Positions 28,173 to 38,211 of a stretch of DNA of 50,059 bases are shown here, piece by piece. Within the stretch, counting starts at the first letter, position 1; the number at the start of each line of letters is the position of its first letter. This DNA is from a virus (taxonomy: Duplodnaviria > Caudoviricetes): positions 1 to 50,059 of IMG/VR virus record IMGVR_UViG_3300011416_000002, one strand, 5' to 3'. Made by a program: the position numbers and the translations under genes. The notes beneath the pieces are model-generated. The model was given only the letters and a program-made list of their open reading frames with translations. It did not search any database and was not told where the DNA came from.

Positions 28173-28565
28173 ATGAACGACACCATCAAGCTGACTATGA
28201 CTGTCCAGCAGGCAAACGAGCTTGCTTCCGGCATCATGGGCCTCGACCAGGATGTTAAGGACCCATCCAAGCACTACAAGTTCTCCGTTTCCTTCCGGGT
28301 ACGCCATGCGCGTAACCTTGGGAAGCTCAGGGAAGTCCTTCAAGCCTTTGAGGTGAACCGTAACCAGGTCGTAATGGACCTGAACGATTTGCCTCAAGGC
28401 GAGAAGGAGAAAGCCGCCCAGAAGGCCATCTGGGCACTCCAGAGCGAGAAGTTCGTTTTCGAGCTGGAGACCTTCAAGGAAGAGGAGCTACAGCTAGAGC
28501 GGAACCCCATCCCGGTGACGTTCCTAGCCGCGCTCCAGCCGCTCCTGGCCACAACGCTGCACTAA
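28173..28565 (+). CDS. hypothetical protein downstream of tail fibre
   Basis: clean ORF, GGGAACC upstream. Confidence 0.75.
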   Translation: MNDTIKLTMTVQQANELASGIMGLDQDVKDPSKHYKFSVSFRVRHARNLGKLREVLQAFEVNRNQVVMDLNDLPQGEKEKAAQKAIWALQSEKFVFELETFKEEELQLERNPIPVTFLAALQPLLATTLH

Positions 28566-28584
28566 CGGGGGACTGGAGGATCAG

Positions 28585-29931
28585 GTGTCCGATGCACCAT
28601 GGCTTGACCGGCTTATCCAGCTAGAAGGCCAGGGGTTCAGGGAAGTCCCTGGACCCTCCTCCAACCCGCGCATCCTCGAATGGTCCCGAGGCCCCGGTGC
28701 GTTTCCGGACATGACCGACGACAGCACCACGCCATGGTGCGGCATCGGTCTCGCCGGCATCATGGACGAGGTCGGCCTCTCCTCCCTCATTCCGCCCCTC
28801 CCCTTTCGAGCCGCCTCCTGGATGTCGGTCGGCTTCGACAGCGAGCCGCGCCCCGGCGCCATTGTCGTGTTCCCCCGTCAAGGCGGCAATCACGTCACAG
28901 TGATCCGCTCCGTAGAAGGCCACATTTGGCGCTGCATCGGCTGCAACCAGTCGAACGCCATCACCACCACCACCTTCGACGGAAGACAGGCCAGAGCCTG
29001 CCGCTGGCCCGGTCAAAAGCAGGTCCCAACCTTACCCGCCCTCCCGCCGAACGCCAGCAACCGCTACACGGCGCTCATCCGCTCCATGAAGGTCCGCCAC
29101 ACCTGGGTCACCAGGATCGATGAGGAAGCCCACCGACGCCTCTCCCACAAGGAACGCTATAAGGTCATCGAACGCGCTACCGGCATTCCGTGGGCCTTTG
29201 TCGCCGCCCTCCACTACCGGGAAGACAGCACCGGCCGCTTCGACACCGCGCTCCACAACGGCGACAAGGTCATAGGGAACGGGAAGCTGACCTATCGAGT
29301 TCCGGCCGGCCGAGGCCCCTTCGAGACCTGGGAAGATGCCGCCATTGACGCCCTCCAAATGAAAGGTTTTCACAATGCCGACGATTGGAACATTGAGGCT
29401 ATCTGTGAGCGGGCTGAGCGATATAACGGCCTCGGTTACCGGACGAATAACCTCTGCCCCAGCCCCTATCTCTGGAGCGGCACGACCCACTACGAGCGTG
29501 GTAAGTACGATTTCGATGGCCACTATAATGCCACTCTTACCGATGCCCAGATCGGTGTAATCCCTCTCATTACACGCATCATGGAGCTGGACAATGAGGG
29601 CCGATTTCGGGACGGCTCCCGCAAGCTGAACCTGATCGCTTGGGTTCGCCGCTTCATCAAAGCGATCATGGCCGCCATCGGCTCCATCTTCACCCTTGAT
29701 AACCTCTACTCCACCAAGGAGTTCCTTGCGCCTCTCAAGGATATGTTCACCCTTCAGTCCCTCGTGGTTCTCGCTGTGAGCGGCATCGGTGTCTGGGTCC
29801 TCATCAACACCCTCGACCGCATGATGATGGAAGACGGCAAAGACGGACGCTATGTCCCATCGAAGATAGACGCCGCTGCCGGGGAAGCGGCCGATGTTCT
29901 ACAAGAGGCGACCGATGAGCGAAATTCTTGA
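28585..29931 (+). CDS. lysin: TIGR02594-like (NlpC/P60-CHAP) domain + lysozyme-like domain + C-terminal hydrophobic segments
   Basis: APW..EVPG..NPRI..D.TPWC..GNHVT..GCNQSN; TGIPW.FVAALHYRE..LHNGD..ERYNGLGY..SPYLWSGT..GKY..DG. Confidence 0.85.
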   Translation: MSDAPWLDRLIQLEGQGFREVPGPSSNPRILEWSRGPGAFPDMTDDSTTPWCGIGLAGIMDEVGLSSLIPPLPFRAASWMSVGFDSEPRPGAIVVFPRQGGNHVTVIRSVEGHIWRCIGCNQSNAITTTTFDGRQARACRWPGQKQVPTLPALPPNASNRYTALIRSMKVRHTWVTRIDEEAHRRLSHKERYKVIERATGIPWAFVAALHYREDSTGRFDTALHNGDKVIGNGKLTYRVPAGRGPFETWEDAAIDALQMKGFHNADDWNIEAICERAERYNGLGYRTNNLCPSPYLWSGTTHYERGKYDFDGHYNATLTDAQIGVIPLITRIMELDNEGRFRDGSRKLNLIAWVRRFIKAIMAAIGSIFTLDNLYSTKEFLAPLKDMFTLQSLVVLAVSGIGVWVLINTLDRMMMEDGKDGRYVPSKIDAAAGEAADVLQEATDERNS

Positions 29932-30325
29932 GACCGCCTTATCCTGGCTTGGCATCTCACTGGGGGCTTTCGGCCTCACCGTGGGAGCCGCCTGGTTCTT
30001 CGGGCTCATGCCCGTTCTCGGTGCCGTCGCCACGGTGGTCGCAGCGGCCCTCGCCCCTATCATTGGAGCCGTCGTCCAGGGCATCATCTGGCTGTGGCAG
30101 AACGTCATCTGGCCCGGCCTATGGGACATCCTAGAAGACTGGGTCACAGTGCTCACTGTGGCCCTCATGGCATTCATGTTGTGGACCTTCTTGGCCGCCC
30201 GGTTCGAGGTCGCCGAATACCGCCTCAATAAGGAAATTGCCGCTTGTAAGACCACCCTGAAAGCGGTTAGAAAGGCCGCTCCGCCGATACAGCCGCAAGT
30301 TCCGTGGCCCTTCGGCAACTGGTAA
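29915..30325 (+). CDS. multi-pass membrane protein (holin/spanin candidate)
   Basis: three hydrophobic stretches, adjacent to lysin. Confidence 0.55.
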   Translation: MSEILETALSWLGISLGAFGLTVGAAWFFGLMPVLGAVATVVAAALAPIIGAVVQGIIWLWQNVIWPGLWDILEDWVTVLTVALMAFMLWTFLAARFEVAEYRLNKEIAACKTTLKAVRKAAPPIQPQVPWPFGNW

Positions 30326-30340
30326 CCAACGGGGACGGGG

Positions 30341-31033
30341 ATGAAGATTGCGCCTATCGAGAACTGGGAAGCCTTTATGCTGCCCCCAGTCTGCGCCGCT
30401 CTCGCGACCTGGACCAAGCGCACCCAGGACTGGACCACCCTCGTCCATAAGGTGATCGCGGGGAAGGCCATGTGCCTCGCCGGATCGAATACCCCTGACA
30501 AGGTAGAGGCCCTGTCGATCATCGTCTGGCCCGAGGAAGGTGACCCCTTCTACCCCTTGCCCTTGGTACACCATTTCCACTGTAACGGCGGGGCCAAGCT
30601 CCGGGCCAAGATGGTCCGAGCTACAGTCGCTTTCCTTCACGCACATGGCTATACTGCGTTTACCGCGATAAACGTATCCGGGGCACCGGTTGAAGTCTGG
30701 GCAAGGGCCTTCTCCGACGCCGGGTTCCCGCATCCAATCGCGACCGTATACGAATTCAAGAAGGACCCCTACCGTGGGAACTATCGGAAAAATGCTGTTC
30801 GGCGGAAGCGAGCAGAAACAGCAAAGCACGTCCACGCAGCAGGCGACAAGCCAAAGCACGTCGAAGCCAATCGACACGACGCCCGAAGAGCTTCAGGCGC
30901 TAAGAAACCCGTTCGTCCAGTCGCTGATCCAGTCGTTCAGCCCGTCGAACACAACGTGGCAAGGCCCGTTCGCGGCAAACATGGCACCCGGCGAGGGACA
31001 GGCCCTAAGCGCTCTCGGAAACCAGGCGTATAA
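30341..31033 (+). CDS. hypothetical virion-assembly protein (GNAT-like position) with basic overlapping tail
   Basis: precedes ejection genes like P22 gp14/T7 gp13; C-terminal ~85 aa overlap next gene. Confidence 0.55.
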   Translation: MKIAPIENWEAFMLPPVCAALATWTKRTQDWTTLVHKVIAGKAMCLAGSNTPDKVEALSIIVWPEEGDPFYPLPLVHHFHCNGGAKLRAKMVRATVAFLHAHGYTAFTAINVSGAPVEVWARAFSDAGFPHPIATVYEFKKDPYRGNYRKNAVRRKRAETAKHVHAAGDKPKHVEANRHDARRASGAKKPVRPVADPVVQPVEHNVARPVRGKHGTRRGTGPKRSRKPGV

Positions 31034-31640
31034 CCCCCTCCGTGGAACTCTTACCGATTTCACCATGGCTGGCGGCTTCCTGCCCGGCCAAGCAGGCGCG
31101 AACCCCTTCCTGGAAGAGGCGATCAAGCAGGCTCAGCGCCCCACCATGCAGGGCCTTGAAGAGACCCTGTCGCGGACCCTTCCCGGCCGCTTCACGCAAG
31201 CCGGTCAGTTCACCCAGCCTAAAGGTAGTTCGGCCTTTGACCGGGCTGCCGCTATAGCGACCCGAGGAGCCGCAGATGCGAGTTCGGGTATCGCGACTAG
31301 CATGGCTTTCCAAGCCTACGAACAGGAACGCCAGCGCCAACAGCAGGCCCAGCAGATCAGCCAGCAGGAAGTCACCACCCTCTCTGAGAACCTGAAGTCC
31401 CAAGCCCTCCCCCGGCTCATCGAAGACCTGGGCATCGAACGCGCCATGACCGCTTTCAGCGACGGCTTCAAGTCCCTGCTACAGGCACTCCAGATCGCTG
31501 CCGGCTCTCCAATCGCCCAGCAAGGTCAGGTCTCTGAAGCCTCCTCCCAGAGCACCGGCTCCTCGCAATCGACCGGCTCAACTGAGAACTTCGGCAAGGG
31601 TATCGTCGGTACTCTTGGCGGCTTCGTGGAACCAAGGTAA
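30774..31640 (+). CDS. DNA ejection (pilot) protein
   Basis: AAGGA SD + GTG; MG..LFGGS start, Q/S/T-rich, NPFLEEAI, YEQERQRQQQA motifs. Confidence 0.7.
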   Translation: MGTIGKMLFGGSEQKQQSTSTQQATSQSTSKPIDTTPEELQALRNPFVQSLIQSFSPSNTTWQGPFAANMAPGEGQALSALGNQAYNPLRGTLTDFTMAGGFLPGQAGANPFLEEAIKQAQRPTMQGLEETLSRTLPGRFTQAGQFTQPKGSSAFDRAAAIATRGAADASSGIATSMAFQAYEQERQRQQQAQQISQQEVTTLSENLKSQALPRLIEDLGIERAMTAFSDGFKSLLQALQIAAGSPIAQQGQVSEASSQSTGSSQSTGSTENFGKGIVGTLGGFVEPR

Positions 31641-31645
31641 CTCCC

Positions 31646-33385
31646 ATGGCTGGACCCTTCCAAGGATTAACGGACTTCTTCGGCCTCTCCGGGGACCCCG
31701 ATTATTCCACGCCCACCGAGGAAGACGAGCTTCCCGTAACGAAGATCGGCGGACCGCGCTACGGCGGCGGCCAAGACAACATCTTCGACGCGATCCTCGG
31801 CCCCTCCGGCGCCCGCAAGCGCCAGGCCGACAAGTTCGCCTATGACGAGGCCAAGAGCGCCCGGTCCCGCGCCCAGGCCGGCTCCGTGTCGAAAGCCGAG
31901 AGCGAGCTGGGCCAGCGCGTGATCCAGCTCCAGCAGGAGAACGTCGGCCTACCCCCGCACGAAATCCGCCAGAAGGCCCTCTCCGACCCCGTCTTCCTGA
32001 AGAACATCCTCCAGGTCCCCCAGGCCAAGCAGATCGAAATCCTCAAGCAAATCCAGACCACCATCACGCCTCAAACGCAGTACGGCAAAGACCTCTCCCC
32101 CGGCGGCTTCCGACCGGAACTGGACGAACAAGGCGCCCCCGTCACTGGCCCCGATGGCCAGCCACGCGGTATTCGTAACCAGCCCATGAAGGTCCAGGAG
32201 GACGACGCTTTCGTCCACCGCTCCCAGGAAGAGCGGGACATCATCCTGGGTCTCCGCAAACCCGCTGGCCAAGGCCGCGTTGGCACTTCCCAGCGTGAGC
32301 GTATCGCTGACCTCGCCATGAAGTCCGGCATCCTCAAAACTCCCGAGGAACAGGTGAACTGGCTCATGAAGCGCTGGGACCTCAAGTACGACCAGCAGAA
32401 CGGCGGCTGGATGCTCTTTGACACCGCCACCCAGAAAGAAGTCCGCCGCATCGACCCCGGCGCTATGCCGCCCGACCTCTACGCCCAACTGGAACAGAAC
32501 CCCGGCGTCTCCGGCGAAGCCATGGCACGCCCACAGAAGCCCTCCGACCCGCACAGCCCTAACCAGCTCTCCCCGCAGCCCGGCGAGGCCCCCGGTAAGC
32601 GCCAGTCGCTTCTGACCCGCCCCGGCATGATGATCTACGCCGGAACCCCTACCGACCGCTTGGAACGCGCTCTCGGGAACGGGCTCGGCGGCGTCTTCCC
32701 GAAGTACGCCGACATCGGCACCGAGGAAGAGACCCGCGCCATGGCGATGAAGTCCCTAGGAACCGCCATCGCGGACGCCTATGGAAGGTCGGCCCGCTTC
32801 AAGACCGAGTGGGAGACGGCCAACTCCATGATTAAGAACGCCGACGATTGGATCGGCTCGCCCGGCATCAATGCCAGCCGCCTCAAGTGGCTCCGCGCCC
32901 TCGCTGAGGACAAGCTCGCCTCTATTGATAGCGAGATCAAAGCCCTCGGTGCATCGAAGACCGGCACCCGCAAGCAGCTCGACGAACTTGAGAAAGAGCG
33001 CCGGATGTTCATGAACCTCTACCAGGCCACCCCGGCCATCCACCAGATCGACAAGGAACTGGAACTCTACCGCCAGTATGACCCCTCCACGCCTAACCTG
33101 GAGCGGACGATCACCCGCGCCCCGAAACCTGGGGACCTCATCGATGACGCGACCGAACTCGGTAAAGCCCGCCCCAGCAAGGCACCCCGTCCCCGTGGCG
33201 CATCCCCCGGCCAACCGGATGAGCCGGCCGCCCTCCCGTCCGCTCCGGCTCCCGACCTGAAGTTCCCGGATAGCGACGCCGACCTCGCCAAGATGTACCG
33301 CGAGACGCAAGACGCGACCATGAAACAGCAAATCCAGAATGAGGCCCGGCGTCGTCAACAGCTCCGTCAGAAGGGAGGTAAGTAA
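31646..33385 (+). CDS. internal virion/ejection protein
   Basis: helical, Q/P/G-rich; position in ejection cluster. Confidence 0.65.
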   Translation: MAGPFQGLTDFFGLSGDPDYSTPTEEDELPVTKIGGPRYGGGQDNIFDAILGPSGARKRQADKFAYDEAKSARSRAQAGSVSKAESELGQRVIQLQQENVGLPPHEIRQKALSDPVFLKNILQVPQAKQIEILKQIQTTITPQTQYGKDLSPGGFRPELDEQGAPVTGPDGQPRGIRNQPMKVQEDDAFVHRSQEERDIILGLRKPAGQGRVGTSQRERIADLAMKSGILKTPEEQVNWLMKRWDLKYDQQNGGWMLFDTATQKEVRRIDPGAMPPDLYAQLEQNPGVSGEAMARPQKPSDPHSPNQLSPQPGEAPGKRQSLLTRPGMMIYAGTPTDRLERALGNGLGGVFPKYADIGTEEETRAMAMKSLGTAIADAYGRSARFKTEWETANSMIKNADDWIGSPGINASRLKWLRALAEDKLASIDSEIKALGASKTGTRKQLDELEKERRMFMNLYQATPAIHQIDKELELYRQYDPSTPNLERTITRAPKPGDLIDDATELGKARPSKAPRPRGASPGQPDEPAALPSAPAPDLKFPDSDADLAKMYRETQDATMKQQIQNEARRRQQLRQKGGK

Positions 33386-36021
33386 TGGCCGACCCCCTTG
33401 ACGAAATCCTAGCCGGCGCTGATCCGCTGGACAGCATCCTGTCGGATGCTCCTACCGATTTGCACAACGCGAACCCTTCTCGGGCTCCCAAGATAACGGA
33501 CAGCTACGAGAAGAACCCGCTCGACATGACCTTCAGTGAGAAGCTTCGCTCTCGCTACGACAAGGCCATGGCCGACCCCATCGGGGACCTGAAGAAGGCC
33601 CGCTCCGACGCTGCCGGCATCCCCTCCGACATCCTCTCCGGCTTCTACACGGAGGCCGCGAAAGCCGCTTCCCTCCCCTTCGATGCTGCCCTGGACGCTG
33701 CCAAGATCGTCGGCTTCAAGGGCCTCCCGGAGCCCGGCCGCGCCCGTGAGACATTCATGAAGGCGATGGTGGACGCCGGCTTCTCCAACTACATGGGACC
33801 GGCCCAGACCTGGTCCCAGCGCATCGGTGAAGAGGGCATGCGCCAGTTCCTCTTCTACGCCGGCATGAGGGGTGCGGCGCCTACCATGGCCAAAGCCACC
33901 CCAGGCGGCCTTGTAGAGCGGATGGGCACTGAAATCCTAGCGAAGCCCGGCACCACCGCAGCCGCCTCTATCGCTTCCGCCCCCGGCGTTGTCGCGGGTG
34001 AAGCCGTTGGTGAGCCCGTCGGCGGGAAGCTGGGCGAGACCGCTGGCTCCTTCGCGGACCGCATCCTGGGCACTGAGAGTGGCGCTGAAGTCGGCAAGAA
34101 GGTCGGAGAAGTCACCGGCAAGATGGTCGGCGGTATGGTGGGCGGCGTCGCATCCGCCACCCCTGTCCTGGGCGCCAAGCGCGGCTTCGACACCCGCCGC
34201 AACGCTGGCGGCGAGTTGGGCGGCCCCGTCTACGGCGACACCGCGATCCTCCCTCGCGAAGGGGACGCCATGAAGGCGACCGAGTTCGCCCAGCACTCCA
34301 CGAAGCGCGCCCTCGATACAATCGACCGCCGCGTTGCCAACATCATCGATGACGCCGGCTCCTCTGTCGTCGGGAACCTGGACCCGGAGAGCGCCTGGTC
34401 GATCCTCAACGCCCGCCTCAAGGCGTACTACACCAAGGTCCTGAAGCCCTATGAGAACTCCCTCTACGAGAAGGCCTGGGCTGGTGGAAAGCATACCCAC
34501 ACCATCGACCCGTCCGACATCGTAACCGCTATCAAGGACGACATCGCCCAGAGCGCATCCTCCGACCGTGTTATCCCCCACAAGCAATACCAGGACTTCC
34601 TGAATGACGCCCTCCGCGATGTGAAGGGCATGAAGGGGCTCAAAGAGATTGTCCCGATGTCCCTGAAGAAGCTCCAGGAACACCGGACCGCGATCCGCGA
34701 GGCGACCACTGAAGCCGGCGCCTCCACCGTAACCGGCAAGGAGGTCCAATCCGGCGCCCGGAACCGCCTACGTGAAATCCAGGACCTGCTCATAAAGAAG
34801 CTCGATGAGGGTCTCCTAGAAGCTGGCGGCAATCCCCAGGATATCGGGTTCGCCCGGTCCGTGTCGAAGCGCCTCGGGGACCTGTGGAAGCGCGGCCCCG
34901 TTGGCGAGCTGATGGCGAAGGATGCCCAAGGCCAGCCCCGAGTAGCGCCAGGTGATACCGGGAAGAGCCTCATGGGAGACCCGCGTGGTCTGCCTGCCCT
35001 TCGTGAAGCCACTGAGCCGCTCCCCGGCCAACCAGTCCAAGGAGTGTTTGGAGCGAAGCGCGCCGAATTGGCGGTCGGCTCCGACGTATCGGATGCTCTC
35101 CGCGCCCACTTCCGCCAGATGGTGGATGAGCCCGCCCAGATCGCGGGCCAGACCGGCGAAGACATGGCGAAGGCCGCGACCAAGGGTGCCGCCTCCTTCC
35201 AGAAGAAAATCCTCGACAGGGCCGACGCCTACGCCGACGTGACGGGCCGCCTCACGACCGCAGTCAAGCGGATCAGTTGGCTCTGGAAAGACAAGCAGTC
35301 CTGGCAAGCCTCGGCCCTCGCGGAGTACGGCGTGAAGGACCCCCAAGCGGCGGTCCGGAACGTCATGAACTCATCGAACCCCTCCGCGAAGGCCGCCGAT
35401 CTCATCAGGAGCTTCGCCCGTGATCCCGACGCCATGGACGGCTTCCGACGCGCCGTGGCAGAGGAGTTCTTCCTCAACGCGAAGGGTCAGTCCGCTGAGG
35501 TCATAGCGCGCCACATGTCGAACCCGAAGAACCAGCGCCTCATGACGACCGTCTTCGGCCCCGACGGCGCGGAACGCATCACCAGGATCGTCAATAGTGC
35601 CAAGGCATGGGAAGCCGGCGAGCAGTCGAGCCCACTCCGGTTGGCCCGGAAAGCCACCTCATGGATGGGTCACGTCCTGGGCAACCGCGCCGGCCATCTC
35701 TTCGCCGGTGTCGTCGGTGGCGGCTCCTACAGCTCCCTCACCTATCCCGCCCGCTTCAGCAAGGGCATGCGTGACATGATCGCCAAAGCCATGCGCGACC
35801 AGGACCCGACCCAGCTCCTCGTTGAGGCCGCAGTCAATCCGCAGATGGAGCGGTTCCTCAACAACAAGGTCCCGGAGAACATGACGGAAGCCTTCAAAGC
35901 CATGAAGGTCCTGAAGCGCCTAGGCGCTGGCGTCAACACTGGGTACACCATGGCTTCCGACCGCTATGAGCGGGAGCGGATGAACACCAAGAAGAAGTCA
36001 GCTATCTCAGGGAGCCAGTGA
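33385..36021 (+). CDS. large internal virion/ejection protein
   Basis: DPLDEIL repeats at N-terminus, Gly/Ala-rich segments, 878 aa; TAATG coupling. Confidence 0.7.
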   Translation: MADPLDEILAGADPLDSILSDAPTDLHNANPSRAPKITDSYEKNPLDMTFSEKLRSRYDKAMADPIGDLKKARSDAAGIPSDILSGFYTEAAKAASLPFDAALDAAKIVGFKGLPEPGRARETFMKAMVDAGFSNYMGPAQTWSQRIGEEGMRQFLFYAGMRGAAPTMAKATPGGLVERMGTEILAKPGTTAAASIASAPGVVAGEAVGEPVGGKLGETAGSFADRILGTESGAEVGKKVGEVTGKMVGGMVGGVASATPVLGAKRGFDTRRNAGGELGGPVYGDTAILPREGDAMKATEFAQHSTKRALDTIDRRVANIIDDAGSSVVGNLDPESAWSILNARLKAYYTKVLKPYENSLYEKAWAGGKHTHTIDPSDIVTAIKDDIAQSASSDRVIPHKQYQDFLNDALRDVKGMKGLKEIVPMSLKKLQEHRTAIREATTEAGASTVTGKEVQSGARNRLREIQDLLIKKLDEGLLEAGGNPQDIGFARSVSKRLGDLWKRGPVGELMAKDAQGQPRVAPGDTGKSLMGDPRGLPALREATEPLPGQPVQGVFGAKRAELAVGSDVSDALRAHFRQMVDEPAQIAGQTGEDMAKAATKGAASFQKKILDRADAYADVTGRLTTAVKRISWLWKDKQSWQASALAEYGVKDPQAAVRNVMNSSNPSAKAADLIRSFARDPDAMDGFRRAVAEEFFLNAKGQSAEVIARHMSNPKNQRLMTTVFGPDGAERITRIVNSAKAWEAGEQSSPLRLARKATSWMGHVLGNRAGHLFAGVVGGGSYSSLTYPARFSKGMRDMIAKAMRDQDPTQLLVEAAVNPQMERFLNNKVPENMTEAFKAMKVLKRLGAGVNTGYTMASDRYERERMNTKKKSAISGSQ

Positions 36022-36518
36022 TGCCACAGAAAACCCCGTTCGACAGCCTCATGGGCGGCCCGGCCTCGCAAAGATCGGGAATGGGTGGTATGGTAATGCC
36101 AAGAGGCGGCCAACCGGTTCCCTCTATGCCTCCCGCTCAGCCAATGCAATCACCGGGGCCACCGGTGCCTGTGCCGGCTCAACGTCCACAAGGTGCAGGA
36201 AAGTTCAGCCGACCCGTCGCGGGAACCGGCTCTCCCGACCTGGACGCGGCGATGGGCGGCGGCCAGCAGCCTGACGACCGGATGCGGGAAACGCTCCGTG
36301 CCCAGTTGGAACAGGCGGCCCAGATGCTACAGCAGGCCCACCGCGACCAGTCGGTGAGCCCGAAGCTCCGTGATGCTACTGTTGAGTACGCCAACGGCCT
36401 CGCGATGGAAGCCGAACGCATGGGGATGGGGGACCTGGTTGAGGAAGTCCTAGCCAAGCATGGATCGGTGTCTACAAATGAGTTCGCCGGAGAAGAAGAT
36501 GCTCAGCCCACAAAGTGA
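36018..36518 (+). CDS. hypothetical P/Q/M-rich protein
   Basis: GTGA coupling to upstream gene. Confidence 0.65.
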   Translation: MMPQKTPFDSLMGGPASQRSGMGGMVMPRGGQPVPSMPPAQPMQSPGPPVPVPAQRPQGAGKFSRPVAGTGSPDLDAAMGGGQQPDDRMRETLRAQLEQAAQMLQQAHRDQSVSPKLRDATVEYANGLAMEAERMGMGDLVEEVLAKHGSVSTNEFAGEEDAQPTK

Positions 36519-36690
36519 CGAGATGGTTAAGGCGGCGATGGATGTCATCAGCTTCCTTGCGCTTGTCGGCTGGTTTGCCGAAGCACTTCCGGCTGTCGCC
36601 ACTTTGCTGACAGTGTTCTGGACCGCCATCCGTATCTTGGAGACGGAGACGGTCCAGCGCTGGTTGAAGCAGAAGTCCGGCGACAACTAG
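36499..36690 (+). CDS. small membrane protein (holin-like)
   Basis: LPAVATLLTVFWTAIRILETETVQ motif of small phage membrane proteins; last late gene. Confidence 0.6.
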   Translation: MLSPQSDEMVKAAMDVISFLALVGWFAEALPAVATLLTVFWTAIRILETETVQRWLKQKSGDN

Positions 36691-37067
36691 CTCATGGGAA
36701 GAAGCTCGTACTTGTCGCCACCGTTCAAGCTTGGTGGCGGAAGGATCGGCGCTAGCGGAAGTAGCCTGACGTAGAGCTGGGTCCGCCTACCATGGCTAAT
36801 CCGGGTCTTGGTGTGCCCCGTAGTTGGCGCTCTCTCCAGGCGGTTCGCCCTGATGAGGGACATGATGAAGGCGCCCCAGACGTTGTGGTGACGCGGCTTC
36901 CGTAGACCGTTGTTGAGGAGCGCGATCTTTACGTCCTCGCCTGAGAACGGCGATGGTAGTTGGACCGACATCACCAAGTTGGTGGCGTCCGCAATCCAAC
37001 GTTCATGGGTTTCCTGCATGTCGGATAGGATGGCCATTCCTACTTCCTGGCCTTGGGTCAGTGTCAT
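36687..37067 (-). CDS. conserved phage hypothetical protein (P.H.N.WGA family)
   Basis: PRHHNVWGAF..SHGR motif; AAGGA SD. Confidence 0.7.
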   Translation of the reverse strand: MTLTQGQEVGMAILSDMQETHERWIADATNLVMSVQLPSPFSGEDVKIALLNNGLRKPRHHNVWGAFIMSLIRANRLERAPTTGHTKTRISHGRRTQLYVRLLPLAPILPPPSLNGGDKYELLPMS

Positions 37068-37094
37068 CGTTGGTTCCTTTCATTGCTAAGTTAC

Positions 37095-37529
37095 TCAGTC
37101 CCCGAAGTTTCCGGCCTTCGGCCACTCCGGGGCGTACTTCACGCTGAAGTCGAACTCTGGCTGTTCCTCTGGAACGGTCTCGACCAGCTTCTGCTTCATG
37201 CGCTCATGGAGCCATCCCTGAATGTTAAAGAGGATGGCGCATGCTACGTCTTCGATGTCATCGCCGGCCTTAGGCTCCCATAGATCACGAGGGGCATCCT
37301 CGTAGGCCAGCCACAACTCGAACGAATGCCGGATGAAGCTCTCCATGTAAACTTCAGGGGGCATCCCACGCTTCCAGTTATCGGAGGACCGCATCGAGCC
37401 ATCGGGCTGTTTCCGATGCTTATGCATGTACTCAGCGAACCGCCTCATAGCCAGCGGGCTTATGAAGCCACGATAGTCGAGCTTGTCTGTGTTGGTGTCG
37501 CGGGTTGCACCCGTCTCAAACTTCCTCAT
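37095..37529 (-). CDS. dATP/dGTP diphosphohydrolase-domain (DUF5664-like) protein
   Basis: FETGATRD..K.DY..ISP.A..R.A..DNWKRGMP...SFIRH. Confidence 0.75.
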   Translation of the reverse strand: MRKFETGATRDTNTDKLDYRGFISPLAMRRFAEYMHKHRKQPDGSMRSSDNWKRGMPPEVYMESFIRHSFELWLAYEDAPRDLWEPKAGDDIEDVACAILFNIQGWLHERMKQKLVETVPEEQPEFDFSVKYAPEWPKAGNFGD

Positions 37530-37553
37530 GTTGGTTCCCTTTCGAGTTGTAGA

Positions 37554-37790
37554 TCAATCTTGCCAGACGCGCTGCGGGGCCTCCGCAGGTGCTGGAGCTA
37601 CCTTGCCCGCTGCCGGCGCGATCTTTTGCTGTACGGGCTTCTTTGGGGCGTCTGCGGCCGTTGTAGGCTGCGGCGGCGCCTGCCGCTTCAGGACGCGGTA
37701 AGTTGCATCACCAACCACGATGAGCAGCATAACCGCTCCCCATAGGAAGGCTTTCTTATACCGCTTCAGAAAGTCGATTACCCTGCTCAT
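37554..37790 (-). CDS. single-TM protein with P/A-rich tail
   Basis: ATGA coupling; hydrophobic helix. Confidence 0.6.
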   Translation of the reverse strand: MSRVIDFLKRYKKAFLWGAVMLLIVVGDATYRVLKRQAPPQPTTAADAPKKPVQQKIAPAAGKVAPAPAEAPQRVWQD

Positions 37791-38017
37791 TTCCAGTTTC
37801 CTTTGTGGATGCGGATTGCTTCGAACAACCGTCTTAGAAGGAAGGACCGTAGCACACTGATAACGGTGAACACTACCCCGATCCCGAAAGCAGTTGTCAT
37901 CGTAACCGGTAGGCCGAAGACCGGGAGTACGAGTAAGTTGGCCCCAAAGTTGATCCCAAACCCGATTGCCACATTGCCCCATGCTTCCACCCACGACATG
38001 AACCTCGACTGCTTCAC
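37787..38017 (-). CDS. small two-TM phage membrane protein
   Basis: QSR.MS.VEA..NV.IGF...FTVIS..RS..LRR.F family motif. Confidence 0.7.
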   Translation of the reverse strand: MKQSRFMSWVEAWGNVAIGFGINFGANLLVLPVFGLPVTMTTAFGIGVVFTVISVLRSFLLRRLFEAIRIHKGNWK

Positions 38018-38211
38018 ATGCGGTCCATGAGGATTAGCTTTACCTCCTCCAGAACCTTCGCCTGCCCCTCTGGCTTGAGCCACCCGAGGTCGTTTGCGAT
38101 CCGCCTCGCAAGCTCCGTCATACTCAAACGGCTCGCCTCCTCTCTTGTAATCCACTTGAAACCTCCTTCAGTTGGCCAGTAGATATCGCCCCTCGGCTTC
38201 TCATCAGACAT
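38014..38211 (-). CDS. hypothetical protein
   Basis: GAGGAG SD, overlaps neighbours in operon fashion. Confidence 0.55.
   Translation of the reverse strand: MSDEKPRGDIYWPTEGGFKWITREEASRLSMTELARRIANDLGWLKPEGQAKVLEEVKLILMDRM

Noticed and set aside
37095-37529. Z-genome or 7-deazaguanine modification pathway
   Set aside because: No PurZ, DpdA or Que-type genes recognised
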